Shown: positions 21,007-32,601, counted from the first letter of the stretch. The stretch: 32,658 nt of DNA from Octopus bimaculoides (GCF_001194135.2 NC_068989.1:41903549-41936206); one strand, 5' to 3'. The notes: generated by a model not told the origin, from the sequence alone. Numbers and translations are program-made.

Positions 21007-22940
21007 ATGGGATTTACTAAATCAACAGAAATCACAGGTCGCTGGATTGAACACTTCTCTGAGCTCCTAAACCATGAGTCAGTTGTGGATGAAACAGTGA
21101 TTGATACTATGCAACAAAGACCTATCGTTGGCTCCTTAAATTCCACGCCCTCAGTAGATGAGATAATGAGAGCAATAAGTAAATTGAATCTTGGTAGGAC
21201 ACCTGGAAGGGATGGAATTTGTGCTGAGGTCTTGCGATTTGGTGGTGATTACATCATACAGTCCCTTCATGAACTTATTAGTGTAGTCTGGAGGGATGGT
21301 GCAATGCCTAAGGACTGGAAAGGTGCAAATATTCTTCCTCTCTATAAAGGAAAAGGAGCCAGAATAATATGTGGTAACTATAGAGGTATTGCTCTAATAT
21401 GAGATGCTGGCGAGGTTCTGGCAAATATTCTTCTTAGCCGCCTGAATGGGTGTCTCGTAAACGATGTCCTATCTGAATCTCAATGTGGCTTCTGATCTGG
21501 TAGAGGGACAATGAATATGATTTTTACAGCAAGACAGATGCAGGAGAAGTGCTAAGAGCAGAATATAGATCTTGTCCAGATATTTATTGATTTAACCAAG
21601 GCCTTTGATACTGTGAATAGAGCCTTGCTATGGAAAATACTTGGCAGACTTGGATGACCGAATCACTTTATATCTATAATTAAATCATTTCATGGTGGGA
21701 TGGAGGCCTGGGTCAATGTTGGAGGTGGCATGGCGGGACCCATTCTTGTAGAGAATAGTGTCAAGCAGGGCGACATCCTTGCCCCAACTCTCTTCCCTTT
21801 GTACTTTGCTGCTGCTTTTACTCATGCTTTTGCTATGGTTAACTCTCTGGAAATATGTCAGATATCGGTCTTCAGGTCGCCTCTTTAATCTGCGCTGATT
21901 TGCTGCCAATTCAAAAGTCTCTTATTCGTGACCTCCTTTATGCAGATGACTGTGACTTAGTCACTCATACAGTGGATGACATGCAAATACTTATGAATCG
22001 TATTTCTACTTCTTGCAAGGAATTTAGACTCAGCATTAGCCTGGCAAAGACTGTTGTAATGTTCCTGCCTGCACAAGGAAATCCAAACGTGGAACCAGCT
22101 AACTAAGTTGAAGGAACAATACTGAAAGTGATAGAAAAGTTTGTCTACCTGGGCAGCACACTCAACCATTCTTGCTCCCTGGATGATGAAATATCTTTCA
22201 GGCTGCAGAGAGCAACTGATTCCTTCCAGTCTCTTGAGTCTCGTGTCTAGTCTCAGCATGGCATCACAAGACAAACAAAAATTGCTGTGTACCGTGCATG
22301 TGTACTGATATCGCTCTTTTACTCATGCGAGACATGAACCCTTTACAAACGTCATGTAAAGGTCCTTGAACGTTTCCATCAGAGATGTTTGAGACACATT
22401 CTGAATGTTGGCTGGACCTTAAAAACTCCAGACACACAGGTCTTGAAGAAAGCTGATATCTTGAGGCGATGGTGCACAAGCACCGGTTACGTTGGACTGG
22501 ACACCATATTAGAATGAAGGATAGCAGGATCCCAAGACAGATGCTATATGGGGAACTTGTTAGTTGAAAGAGACCCCGGCAAAACCAAGTTTGCGATTTA
22601 CAGACTGTATCAAGTCCTCATTAAAGGCCTGTGATGTGCAGGAGACCGACGAGGAGAGCAATGCCTGTCATCACCACAGATGAAGGAGGCAGGTTAAGGT
22701 GGGGGTCGACACCTTTGAAAGAGCACGTATTCTTCATGAAGAATTTAAGCGTGCTGCTCGAAAGTACACTGCTAGCGTAGTGAATGGAGAAAGCTTGGTT
22801 TGCAATGTTTGCAGTCGTGTATGCAGGGCTCATTAGCCACCAACGGAGCCGCAAATGCAAAATATAAGTTAGTCCTAAAGCGCACAATGTTCCTAAAGGT
22901 CAGCAATGGTCTTCCTCAGTCACGAGTGGACGGCCATCAT
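21007..22940 (+). mobile_element. RTE/BovB-like LINE: reverse transcriptase and 3' end (pseudogenised)
   Basis: TKSTEITGRWIEHFSELLN; PGRDGI; CGNYRGIAL; SQCGF*SGRG; FIDLTKAFDTVNR; VKQGDILAPTLF; LLYADD; FVYLGS; ERFHQRCLRHIL; C-terminal CNVCSRVC..SH. The 3' end GGACGGCCATCAT runs into (GTAT)n. Many stops. Confidence 0.95.
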
Positions 22941-23063
22941 GTATGTATGTATGTATGTATGTATGTATGTATGTATGTATGTATGCATGTATGTATGTAT
23001 GCATGTATGTGTGTATGTATGTATGTATGTATGTATGTATGTATGTATGTATGTATGTATGTA

Positions 23064-23096
<33 letters not shown>

Positions 23097-23122
23097 CTGT
23101 CTGTCTGTCTGTATGTATGTAT
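22941..23122. repeat. (GTAT)n microsatellite at the RTE tail
   Basis: Seen directly. Confidence 0.95.
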
Positions 23123-23242
23123 ATAATAATTTAGTGTATAAATTTCGCTAGATAATTTAGTAACTGACAACGATTTTGCTGTTAGTCCGAAACAATTTTT
23201 CCTGTTTTTCAAGTTTAATATATAGGTGTAAGTAAAACAGAA

Positions 23243-23436
23243 AACTGGCAGAAGCGTAAGCACACCGGATAAAATTATTAGCGGCATTTCGTCCGCCTTT
23301 ACGTTCTGAGTTCAAATTCCACCGAGGCCGACTTTGCCTTTCGTCCTTGCGTGGTCTAGTTGAGCGTTAGATTTGATGTAATCGATTAGCCCCCGGCATC
23401 GAAATTGCTGGCCTCGTGCCATAATTTGAAACCAAT
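23243..23436 (+). mobile_element. SINE family B with an internal deletion
   Basis: CTGGCAGAAGCGTAAGCAC...TTTACGTTCTGAGTTCAAATTCCACCGAGGCCGACTTTGCCTTTCGTCC...GAAATTGCTGGCCTCGTGCCATAATTTGAAACC. Confidence 0.82.
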
Positions 23437-23821
23437 GTATAGGCGTTAGTGCTAAACTCCGTTAAACCTACATGCTGTTTGTTGAAGTTTGGGATGAGTT
23501 AAATATCCGTATCATAAAGTCATAAAAATATCTACTTTCTCTGAATAACACGTGGGAGTAAGGAGGATGAGGTACGTGTTTGCGTTACGCTGCGTTTCAA
23601 AGTATTTGGCTCAGATGATTGAAGTAGTTTTTTTTTTACAGACTTTTACTTTGTTGTAAGTAGATCAAGTAATGATATGTAATGAATGTGGATAGGAAGC
23701 TCAGCAGTGAAGAGAAGTTGTTACTTTGAAATGTATCTGTCATTAGCCTCTGCTATTAGCCTAATTTTGTTGGTGACTGTTGTAATTGCTCCAGTTCTTA
23801 GTGATAGTGGTATAAGCCATA

Positions 23822-23823
23822 CC

Positions 23824-23901
<78 letters not shown>

Positions 23902-24063
23902 TTGACTGTCTGTTTATCTCTCTGTCTCTCACTCTCGCACTCTCTCTCCCTCCCTCTCTTCCCTCTCTCTCTACACCCACACATATATATGCAAGTTAAT
24001 ATATATGTATACATAAATACATATATACAGGCATATATATAAATACATATCCATGTGTGTGCG

Positions 24064-24139
<76 letters not shown>

Positions 24140-24150
24140 CGCCTCTCTCC
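23822..24150. repeat. (CTAT)n, (CT)n, (TA)n and (CTGT)n microsatellites
   Basis: Seen directly. Confidence 0.95.
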
Positions 24151-24465
24151 CCCTGTGTGTGTGTGTCTACAGACGTGCATGAGGATGTATACGTGCGTGT
24201 GATGATGCGCGCGTATGACCGTGTTTATGTGTGCGTATGTTTTGTATGTATGAATTCATATATATCTCGGCGTGCGTACATGTGTGTTTGTGCGCGCACA
24301 TGTGCGTATGTATGAGCGCCCATGCGCGTACGCTTGTGTTTGTCTAGGACTTAATGCAAGCATCGGGAAGTCATATTGTCACATCATAATTATATCCTTA
24401 ACTGAAACGCTACCAGAAGGCATAAATACAAGAGGTCACTCTCCTTTTTTTGTTCAGTTTTCCCT

Positions 24466-24794
24466 TCGAATAATCATTTCACACAAATGAGCGAACAGTT
24501 CGTAATCATTTCACGCAAAACAGTGGACGATTCGTACGTAATCATTCCGAGCAAAACAGTGAACGGTTTGTAAATATTTCACGCAAAACAGTGAATGATT
24601 CGTAATCATTTTACGCAAAAATGTGAACGTTTCGTAATCATTTCAAGCAAAACAGTAAACTCTTCGTAATCATTTCATGCAGAACAGTGAACGTTTCGTA
24701 ATCATTTCGCACAAAACATTGAACGGTACCTAATCACATCCCGCAAAATAGAGAACGGTTCCTAATCCTTTCACGCAAAATAACGAACAGTTCG
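24466..24794. repeat. 32-bp minisatellite, about 10 units
   Basis: Consensus TTCGTAATCATTTCACGCAAAACAGTGAACGN. Confidence 0.92.
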
Positions 24795-24835
24795 TGCAAA
24801 ATTGCATTTTATCTCAGTTGAAAAACATTCTAAAA

Positions 24836-25082
24836 CAGCGGTCCTCATAGCTCCATAGCCATTCAATGCTTAAAAACTAGTTTTATAGATATTTCTTTCA
24901 AAATTCCTATTTTATTTATTATACATTAACTTGTGTAGAAGGAAATCTAGCTGTTTCTTGCATCTAAAATAAAATTGCTTTCACGGACCCTTAATGTACT
25001 TCTATGGGTCCACAGTTTACTATTTTGCTACCATGGACCCGTCCCTACCAAATCTTATATGATTCCTGGTTGAGAATCACTG
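24836..25082. mobile_element. Charlie-type hAT MITE (247 bp)
   Basis: TIRs CAGCGGTCCTCA / TGAGAATCACTG. 8-bp TSD TTCTAAAA (24828-24835) / TCCTAAAA (25083-25090). Confidence 0.8.
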
Positions 25083-25099
25083 TCCTAAAACATTAACTC

Positions 25100-26070
25100 T
25101 GGACATATCTACACAAATGCGCACCTCATCAAATTTGTTTCTTCATAACTTGTAGAAAAACGAGTATTTCTTAACGAAATTTTCCACAAATACCCGTCAG
25201 ATGGTTTAAATTCCATTTATATTGGAATTTGTTATGAAATTGTTTTCTGACATAGGTGAGGGGTTTCGGATAACTCACACGATTCGAATTTGTTTCGTCA
25301 TAACTTAGAAAACGAAAACAAAATGGTTAGTTCTTAATGAAATTTTCTACAAATACCTTTCAGGTAGTGTAAATTCTGTTTATAATGGAAATAGTTGTGA
25401 AAATTTTTTCGGAAGAGGGAAAAGTTTCAGATAAATAAAACGATTCGAATTTGTTTCTTCCTAACTTTCAAAAAGTAAAAAAAAAACAGAGACTAGTTCC
25501 TACTGAAATTTTCTACAAATATCTTTCAGATATAGATTCTGATTATATTGGAATTTGTTGCGAATTTTTTTTCTGTGGTAGAAAAGGGGTTTCGGGTAAA
25601 CCACACGATTCGTCCTTGTTTCTTTATAACCTTCAGAGATTTTCTACAAATATCTTTCTGATAGCGTAGATTACGATTAAATCGGAATTCAATATGAAAA
25701 ACAAAAACGAAAAGAAAAAATGCTGTTTGCGCACACTTGCATACTAACAGACATCGCATGTATATCTACAAAATGAAACTGGAAATTTTGAAAAAAATAT
25801 GGGATGTGTGGCAGTATGTAGGTGTGCATGGCCATCAAGTTAAAAAACAAACAAAATTACCGTAAATTCATATACAACCATAGTTAGCAACCTCTGATAT
25901 GTATTTGTAGAGATCTTCATTAAAAGATGCCTATTTTACTGAAAGTTATGAGGAAACGAAGTCGACTCGTTTGAATTGTCCGAAGATCCTCTCTCCCCAC
26001 ACCCGGAAAAAATTCACAACAGATTTCATAACAAATTCATAATCTATATCATTTGAAATGGTATTTCTCT
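25100..26070. repeat. Unclassified element built of about 160-bp sub-repeats (3+ direct, 1 inverted)
   Basis: AATTTGTTTC..ATAACTT..GAAATTTTCTACAAATA units start at about 25131, 25288, 25448 and 25612. An inverted unit lies at about 25890-26070. Confidence 0.7.
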
Positions 26071-26082
26071 TATACATTTTAT

Positions 26083-26314
26083 CTTTTATTTGTTTCTGTC
26101 ATTAGACTTCGGCCGTACTGAAGAATTATACTTGAACGAATCGACTCCCAGACTTTTCTTTTTTCTCAAAACCTGGTACTTACTCCATCAGCCTGTTTTG
26201 CCGAGCCGCTAGATTATGGAGACGTAAGCATGTCAACACCTGTACCCAAGCAGTGGTAGAAGACAAACACACACACACACACACACATTTATATATATAT
26301 ATATATATATATAT
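26083..26314 (-). mobile_element. SINE family A, 3' half, running into a gap
   Basis: TTTTATTTGTTTCTGTCATTAGACTTCGGCC...CCTGGTACTTACTCCATC..TTTTGCCGAGCCGCT is the reverse complement of the tail of the 2948-3320 copy. Confidence 0.75.
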
Positions 26315-27242
26315 NNNNNNNNNNNNNNNNNNNNNNNNNNNNNNNNNNNNNNNNNNNNNNNNNNNNNNNNNNNNNNNNNNNNNNNNNNNNNNNNNNNNNN
26401 NNNNNNNNNNNNNNNNNNNNNNNNNNNNNNNNNNNNNNNNNNNNNNNNNNNNNNNNNNNNNNNNNNNNNNNNNNNNNNNNNNNNNNNNNNNNNNNNNNNN
26501 NNNNNNNNNNNNNNNNNNNNNNNNNNNNNNNNNNNNNNNNNNNNNNNNNNNNNNNNNNNNNNNNNNNNNNNNNNNNNNNNNNNNNNNNNNNNNNNNNNNN
26601 NNNNNNNNNNNNNNNNNNNNNNNNNNNNNNNNNNNNNNNNNNNNNNNNNNNNNNNNNNNNNNNNNNNNNNNNNNNNNNNNNNNNNNNNNNNNNNNNNNNN
26701 NNNNNNNNNNNNNNNNNNNNNNNNNNNNNNNNNNNNNNNNNNNNNNNNNNNNNNNNNNNNNNNNNNNNNNNNNNNNNNNNNNNNNNNNNNNNNNNNNNNN
26801 NNNNNNNNNNNNNNNNNNNNNNNNNNNNNNNNNNNNNNNNNNNNNNNNNNNNNNNNNNNNNNNNNNNNNNNNNNNNNNNNNNNNNNNNNNNNNNNNNNNN
26901 NNNNNNNNNNNNNNNNNNNNNNNNNNNNNNNNNNNNNNNNNNNNNNNNNNNNNNNNNNNNNNNNNNNNNNNNNNNNNNNNNNNNNNNNNNNNNNNNNNNN
27001 NNNNNNNNNNNNNNNNNNNNNNNNNNNNNNNNNNNNNNNNNNNNNNNNNNNNNNNNNNNNNNNNNNNNNNNNNNNNNNNNNNNNNNNNNNNNNNNNNNNN
27101 NNNNNNNNNNNNNNNNNNNNNNNNNNNNNNNNNNNNNNNNNNNNNNNNNNNNNNNNNNNNNNNNNNNNNNNNNNNNNNNNNNNNNNNNNNNNNNNNNNNN
27201 NNNNNNNNNNNNNNNNNNNNNNNNNNNNNNNNNNNNNNNNNN
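26315..27242. other. Assembly gap
   Basis: 928 N. Confidence 1.
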
Positions 27243-27397
27243 TATATAGGTTTATGTTAGACTGAAAGAAGTTACAGACCTTGTCATTGCTAAGGAGCAA
27301 GAGAGATGACAGAAGTGGATTGGATGGTGTTTAGTCCAAGGCATCTTTTTAAGTTGTGGAATGACAAGAAAACGGAAGAGATTGTCAAAGAAAACAA

Positions 27398-27428
<31 letters not shown>

Positions 27429-27697
27429 TGTATGCATGGATGCATGCATGTATGTATGCAGGAATTAATGTATGTATGTATGTAGTTTGAATGTATGTCT
27501 GAATGAATATATGAATAACTCAATATATGTATGCATGCAGGTATGTATATATGTATGTATGTATGTATGTATGTGTGTCTGCATATATGAGTGAATGAAG
27601 ATATTTATGAATGCATGTACGTGTGTGTGTGTGTGTGTGTGTGTGCCGCGCGTGTGCGTTTATATAGGATATTCATATTCTAGTGAGTGTGGGAAAG

Positions 27698-27815
27698 AAG
27701 TCACGTTTAAGGCCGAATAAAGGAGAAAAACGTGAGCATGAACCAAGTTCATTGCTACTCTGACATTGAAAGCGAACAAGTTTTATGAACAAACATGTAC
27801 ACACACACACACACT
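27698..27815 (+). repeat. 3' fragment of the ~290-bp (CA)n-flanked family
   Basis: AAACGTGAGCATGAACCAAGTTCATTGCTACTCTGACATTGAAAGCGAACAAGTTTT followed by (CA)n. Matches about 30925-30985. Confidence 0.7.
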
Positions 27816-27992
27816 GCCGCTTCGCTTCTCCTCTGGTCCTTTTGTTTATATGCAACAAGTCTGTCAGGTAGAAAGAATATCTTTGTCTTTCCGAGGTTGT
27901 GACTCTCATAACACTAATTAATACTAATTAATGTATGCACCAAGCCTTCGCTACTGCGATACCTTACAAATCACAGCATTGCAACTGTGTAT

Positions 27993-28068
<76 letters not shown>

Positions 28069-28163
28069 TGTATGTATACACACACACGCGTGTGTGTGTC
28101 TGTGTCTGTGTGGGTGTATACATATGTATTCATATATACGCATGTGTATATATATCATTATAT

Positions 28164-28867
28164 NNNNNNNNNNNNNNNNNNNNNNNNNNNNNNNNNNNNN
28201 NNNNNNNNNNNNNNNNNNNNNNNNNNNNNNNNNNNNNNNNNNNNNNNNNNNNNNNNNNNNNNNNNNNNNNNNNNNNNNNNNNNNNNNNNNNNNNNNNNNN
28301 NNNNNNNNNNNNNNNNNNNNNNNNNNNNNNNNNNNNNNNNNNNNNNNNNNNNNNNNNNNNNNNNNNNNNNNNNNNNNNNNNNNNNNNNNNNNNNNNNNNN
28401 NNNNNNNNNNNNNNNNNNNNNNNNNNNNNNNNNNNNNNNNNNNNNNNNNNNNNNNNNNNNNNNNNNNNNNNNNNNNNNNNNNNNNNNNNNNNNNNNNNNN
28501 NNNNNNNNNNNNNNNNNNNNNNNNNNNNNNNNNNNNNNNNNNNNNNNNNNNNNNNNNNNNNNNNNNNNNNNNNNNNNNNNNNNNNNNNNNNNNNNNNNNN
28601 NNNNNNNNNNNNNNNNNNNNNNNNNNNNNNNNNNNNNNNNNNNNNNNNNNNNNNNNNNNNNNNNNNNNNNNNNNNNNNNNNNNNNNNNNNNNNNNNNNNN
28701 NNNNNNNNNNNNNNNNNNNNNNNNNNNNNNNNNNNNNNNNNNNNNNNNNNNNNNNNNNNNNNNNNNNNNNNNNNNNNNNNNNNNNNNNNNNNNNNNNNNN
28801 NNNNNNNNNNNNNNNNNNNNNNNNNNNNNNNNNNNNNNNNNNNNNNNNNNNNNNNNNNNNNNNNNNN
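28164..28867. other. Assembly gap within microsatellite-rich sequence
   Basis: 704 N. Confidence 1.
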
Positions 28868-28996
28868 TATATACACATGCGTACCCGCACACCCACGTAC
28901 ATGCGCCTATATGTATATACTCATCCACCCTCACTTGAAACACACACATACTCACCCACACATTCACCAAAAAATATATACATACCCACATACACG

Positions 28997-29042
<46 letters not shown>

Positions 29043-29439
29043 TAAAAAGGTTCATACACACGTCTGTATGCGCACATGCACAAGAAAAAACAGGGCTAAA
29101 GGCAAAATACAGAAAAAAGTGTAAAAAAGCAATAAAAGTAAAACACGTCTATATACGCACATACTCGCATGCACGCACACACACGTCTATATACACACAT
29201 ACCCGCACACATTCACAAGCGCGTACGAAAGGTTCCATATACACGTCTATATACGCACAGGAAAACTGCAAGGTGGAAGGTAGAATACAGAAAAAATATG
29301 CGTAAAAAATATGAACAATAAACCTATAAAACAATATCTCTATAGATATGTAAAAAATATAAGAAATAAATATGAAATATAAGTAAAAAGTATAGAGAGA
29401 TAAAAAGCTTGTACGTGGACACAATGTAGAAAGCAAGTC

Positions 29440-30385
29440 CTATCTGTAATCTCGGGGGACCAAAAATGTAACAAATATTTAGCCACACGTGGACATGATC
29501 CGAAAAGTTCAGTTCTTGAATTTAGACATGTGGCGGGGTCTAAGCTGCTTTTCAAGATGAATCTGAGCCATCTTTCCATATCACAAACACCGCACTTTCC
29601 GCTGCTGTTGGTGTAAGGCTTGCACTTGGCTAAGATCTTCCAATAAATGTTGTAACTAACACTTTTATCTTTTAAGGACCATATATGACTGGATAATTTG
29701 GTCGTTTTCTTTTTATCCCAGTGCCTGAAGCTCAAGGTGTGATTATTGAACCTGGCATTGAAATTCCCCTCTGTAAGGCCCTTCGTCGAAACTGTATCCT
29801 TAGTGGATATAGAGTCCACGGTAGTTTCATAAATGATGGTCTCGGACATGCAAGCTCCATTTAGCGGGCACAAATTTTTACCCCTGCATGAACAGCTGGT
29901 TTCATATTGTGGTTCTTTGTGTTGTGTGCGATTATATTTTTAAAATTAGTAGTTGAGCTGAAACTGATTTTTAAGTTATGCCTGTTGAAGAGCTTTCTGT
30001 AACTATGGTTGACTGGAAAATGCCTATCTATCAGCGCTAAGAATTACTTGCCTACATTAAAGGTCACTTCGGGTGAGTAGGGGGATGTGAACCAGATAGT
30101 TTTCCTATTCCTATGTTTCCTTTTCTTTATTATTGGACTGGTGGCAGGTGTATAGGTTATTTCCTTGCTAAATCCACTATCTTTAAGATCCTTATTATAT
30201 ACTGGGGCAACGCTATTAAAAATGTCCCTATCGGAGGAGAGGCTAGAAATTCTTTTGCTAATGTTTTAAACACTATGGGGGGATGGCAGGAACCCACATT
30301 AATATAACTAAGTCTATCGTTGGGCTTCCTATAAGATTTATAAATATTCTTATTTAGATCTAAGGATACATCTAGGAAATTGACA
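29440..30385 (-). mobile_element. Penelope-like element (Neptune-type): RT C-terminus, Cys linker and GIY-YIG endonuclease
   Basis: Minus strand: VNFLDVSLDL..YKSYRKPND..YINVGSCHPP; RKTIWFTSPYS..NVGK*FLALIDRHFP..KLFNR..LKISFS; CSCRGKNLCPLNGAC..IIY..GLTEGNF..RFNNH..SFR..LSSHIWSLK..CGVC..E..LNSRTELFGSC. It has stops and frameshifts and runs into a gap. Confidence 0.92.
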
Positions 30386-30657
30386 NNNNNNNNNNNNNNN
30401 NNNNNNNNNNNNNNNNNNNNNNNNNNNNNNNNNNNNNNNNNNNNNNNNNNNNNNNNNNNNNNNNNNNNNNNNNNNNNNNNNNNNNNNNNNNNNNNNNNNN
30501 NNNNNNNNNNNNNNNNNNNNNNNNNNNNNNNNNNNNNNNNNNNNNNNNNNNNNNNNNNNNNNNNNNNNNNNNNNNNNNNNNNNNNNNNNNNNNNNNNNNN
30601 NNNNNNNNNNNNNNNNNNNNNNNNNNNNNNNNNNNNNNNNNNNNNNNNNNNNNNNNN
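30386..30657. other. Assembly gap
   Basis: 272 N. Confidence 1.
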
Positions 30658-30704
<47 letters not shown>

Positions 30705-30705
<1 letters not shown>

Positions 30706-30990
30706 TATCGTTATCACCGCTCTAGTTAGGAATCCAGTTCAGCTAAAACTTTGGTAAATCAGGCAATGAAAAGAATAAAAATTGGAAATAAAAGATGGAA
30801 GTAAAAATCTGTGGCCCTTTCTTCCTCCTGGTACCCTAAACACGTGACTGTTTCTCTTAATGGTTATTAATCCAGCCGTGAAAGTCTGGGAACTAGTGCA
30901 GCTACATTTAAAGCCTACCACATAGTAAACGTGAGTAGATAATCAAGTTCATTGCTAACCTGACATTGAAAGTTAACTAGTTTTGGGAAA
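30705..30990 (+). repeat. ~290-bp unclassified repeat, copy 1, between (CA)n tracts
   Basis: ATCACCGCTCTAGTTAGGAATC...GTGACTGTTTCTCTTAATGG..ATTAATCCAGCCGTGAAAGT...ATCAAGTTCATTGCTAA is shared with 31318-31625. Confidence 0.85.
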
Positions 30991-31029
<39 letters not shown>

Positions 31030-31071
31030 TATGCACGGGTGCGCGCACGCACACACACATACACATACACA

Positions 31072-31238
31072 AACTTTCGGCCTTAGCATAACTACAGACA
31101 CCATCCTGACGGTTGTCAATTTCCTAGATGTGTCCTTAGATCTAAATAAGAATATTTATAAATCTTATAGGAAGCCCAACGATAGACTTAGTTATATTAA
31201 TGTAGGTTCCTACCATCCCTCAGAGTGTTTAAAACATA
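31072..31238 (+). mobile_element. Inverted partial duplicate of the Penelope RT segment
   Basis: FGLSITTDTILTVVNFLDVSLDLNKNIYKSYRKPNDRLSYINVGSYHP. 31114-31219 is the reverse complement of 30280-30385 with 3 mismatches in 106 bp. Confidence 0.9.
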
Positions 31239-31264
31239 CACACACAAACACAGACACGCACGCG

Positions 31265-31302
<38 letters not shown>

Positions 31303-31317
31303 CACACACACACACAT

Positions 31318-31625
31318 TATCATTAGTGGGGATCACCGCTCTAGTTAGGAATCTCGTTCAGCTGCAACCTTGGGAAAAGAATAAAAAATGGAAATGGGAG
31401 ATGAAAGTAAAAGTCTGTAGCCCTGTCATTCACCTGGTTCCCAGTGGCCCTATCTTGCTCCTGGTGCCCTAAACTGGTGACTGTTTCTCTTAATGGGTAT
31501 TAATCCAGCCGTGAAAGTGTAGGAACCGGTGCAGCCACGTTTAACGCCTACCATATACTAAACGTGAGCAGATAATCAAGTTCATTGCTAAACTGACATT
31601 GAAAAGTTAACCAGTTTTAGAAAAT
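31318..31625 (+). repeat. ~290-bp unclassified repeat, copy 2
   Basis: Diverged homologue of 30705-30990, preceded by (CA)n and followed by (CT)n/(CA)n. Confidence 0.85.
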
Positions 31626-32010
31626 CTCTCTCTCTCTCACTCTCTTTGCATCTCTCTCTCTCACACACATACACACTCACACGCACACCCACACACACGG
31701 ACACACACACGCACACAGACACACACAAGAAGAAGATCATAACTCTCTAAATGAATGGTTGGTATCATTCACTGGCGAGGCAAAAGTACACCGAAACCGG
31801 GGTGTCTAGGGAGTAGTATTGTTGCCCTTTTGAGGAATATATCGCTTTCTGTTGAATTCCCCAGAAATGCAAGAGTGCTAGCGCATGTAATGATTGCTTT
31901 TCAGTAAACAAATGAATAAACCCTTGTCTCCGATGTATTGAGTAGCTTACTTTAATTTCGGTTGCCTCTCATTCCAATAGAATCCCTAAATATAATTTTA
32001 TATATATATA

Positions 32011-32584
32011 TTAGGCCATGTCATGAATAAGGCAGTTTTTTTAATCTTACTTCCTTTATTTTTCAAAATTAAGATAAATAAAATTCTTTTTAAATCTAAA
32101 ATATGCTCTCCTTCATTTTCTACTATGCTCTTGGACCTATCTGGTAGCCATGCAAGGCCTCTCTTCCAAAATTCACGTATCCATGACAAAATCTATTCCT
32201 CCAGTACTCTTGTGATTCCGTCTACAGAAATTCCTATTTTTTCCGTCCAAATGATTTTGAAGACTGCGGAATAAATGATAATCAGATAGGGCAATGTCCG
32301 GCAAATATGGTGGGTGGGGCATCATTTCCCATTCAAACTGCTCCAGACTTTAGAATGTCATCCTCGCTGTATGTGACCGAGCATTATCCTAATGGAAGAA
32401 CACTTTTCGTCTTAAAAACAGAGATGGCCGTTTTCCTTCTAGCGCTGACTTAAACCGATCAAACTGCTCGCAGTAGATCTCCTTTGTTATTGTCTGGTTT
32501 GTGTTTAAAAGTTCAATGCGGATTAAACCTTTCATAATCCACCAAACAGATAACAACACATTACATGGGTGAAGAGTTCTTTAG
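32011..32584 (-). mobile_element. mariner (D,D34D) transposon 3' half with terminal inverted repeat
   Basis: A minus frame missed by the ORF track reads LHPCNVLLSVWWIMKGLIRIELL..TITKEIYCEQFDRFKSALEGKRP..FFH*DNARSHTAR..WEMMPHPPYLPDIALSDYHLFRSLQNHLDGK..FWKRGLAWLPDR..IVENEGEHI. TA|TTAGGCCATGTCATGAATAAGGCAGTTTTTT at 32011 is a mariner-type TIR after TA. Confidence 0.92.
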
Positions 32585-32601
32585 TCCGGGGATCGGGGAA
32601 C

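Noticed and set aside
24466-24794. CRISPR-like periodicity
   Set aside because: Units are contiguous with no unique spacers, the context is eukaryotic, and there are no cas genes.
27243-27398. Protein-like stretch after the gap (GYVRLKEVTDLV../EMTEVDWMVFSPRHLFKLW..)
   Set aside because: It needs a frameshift, no family was recognised and it is too short to call. A BLASTX search would settle it.
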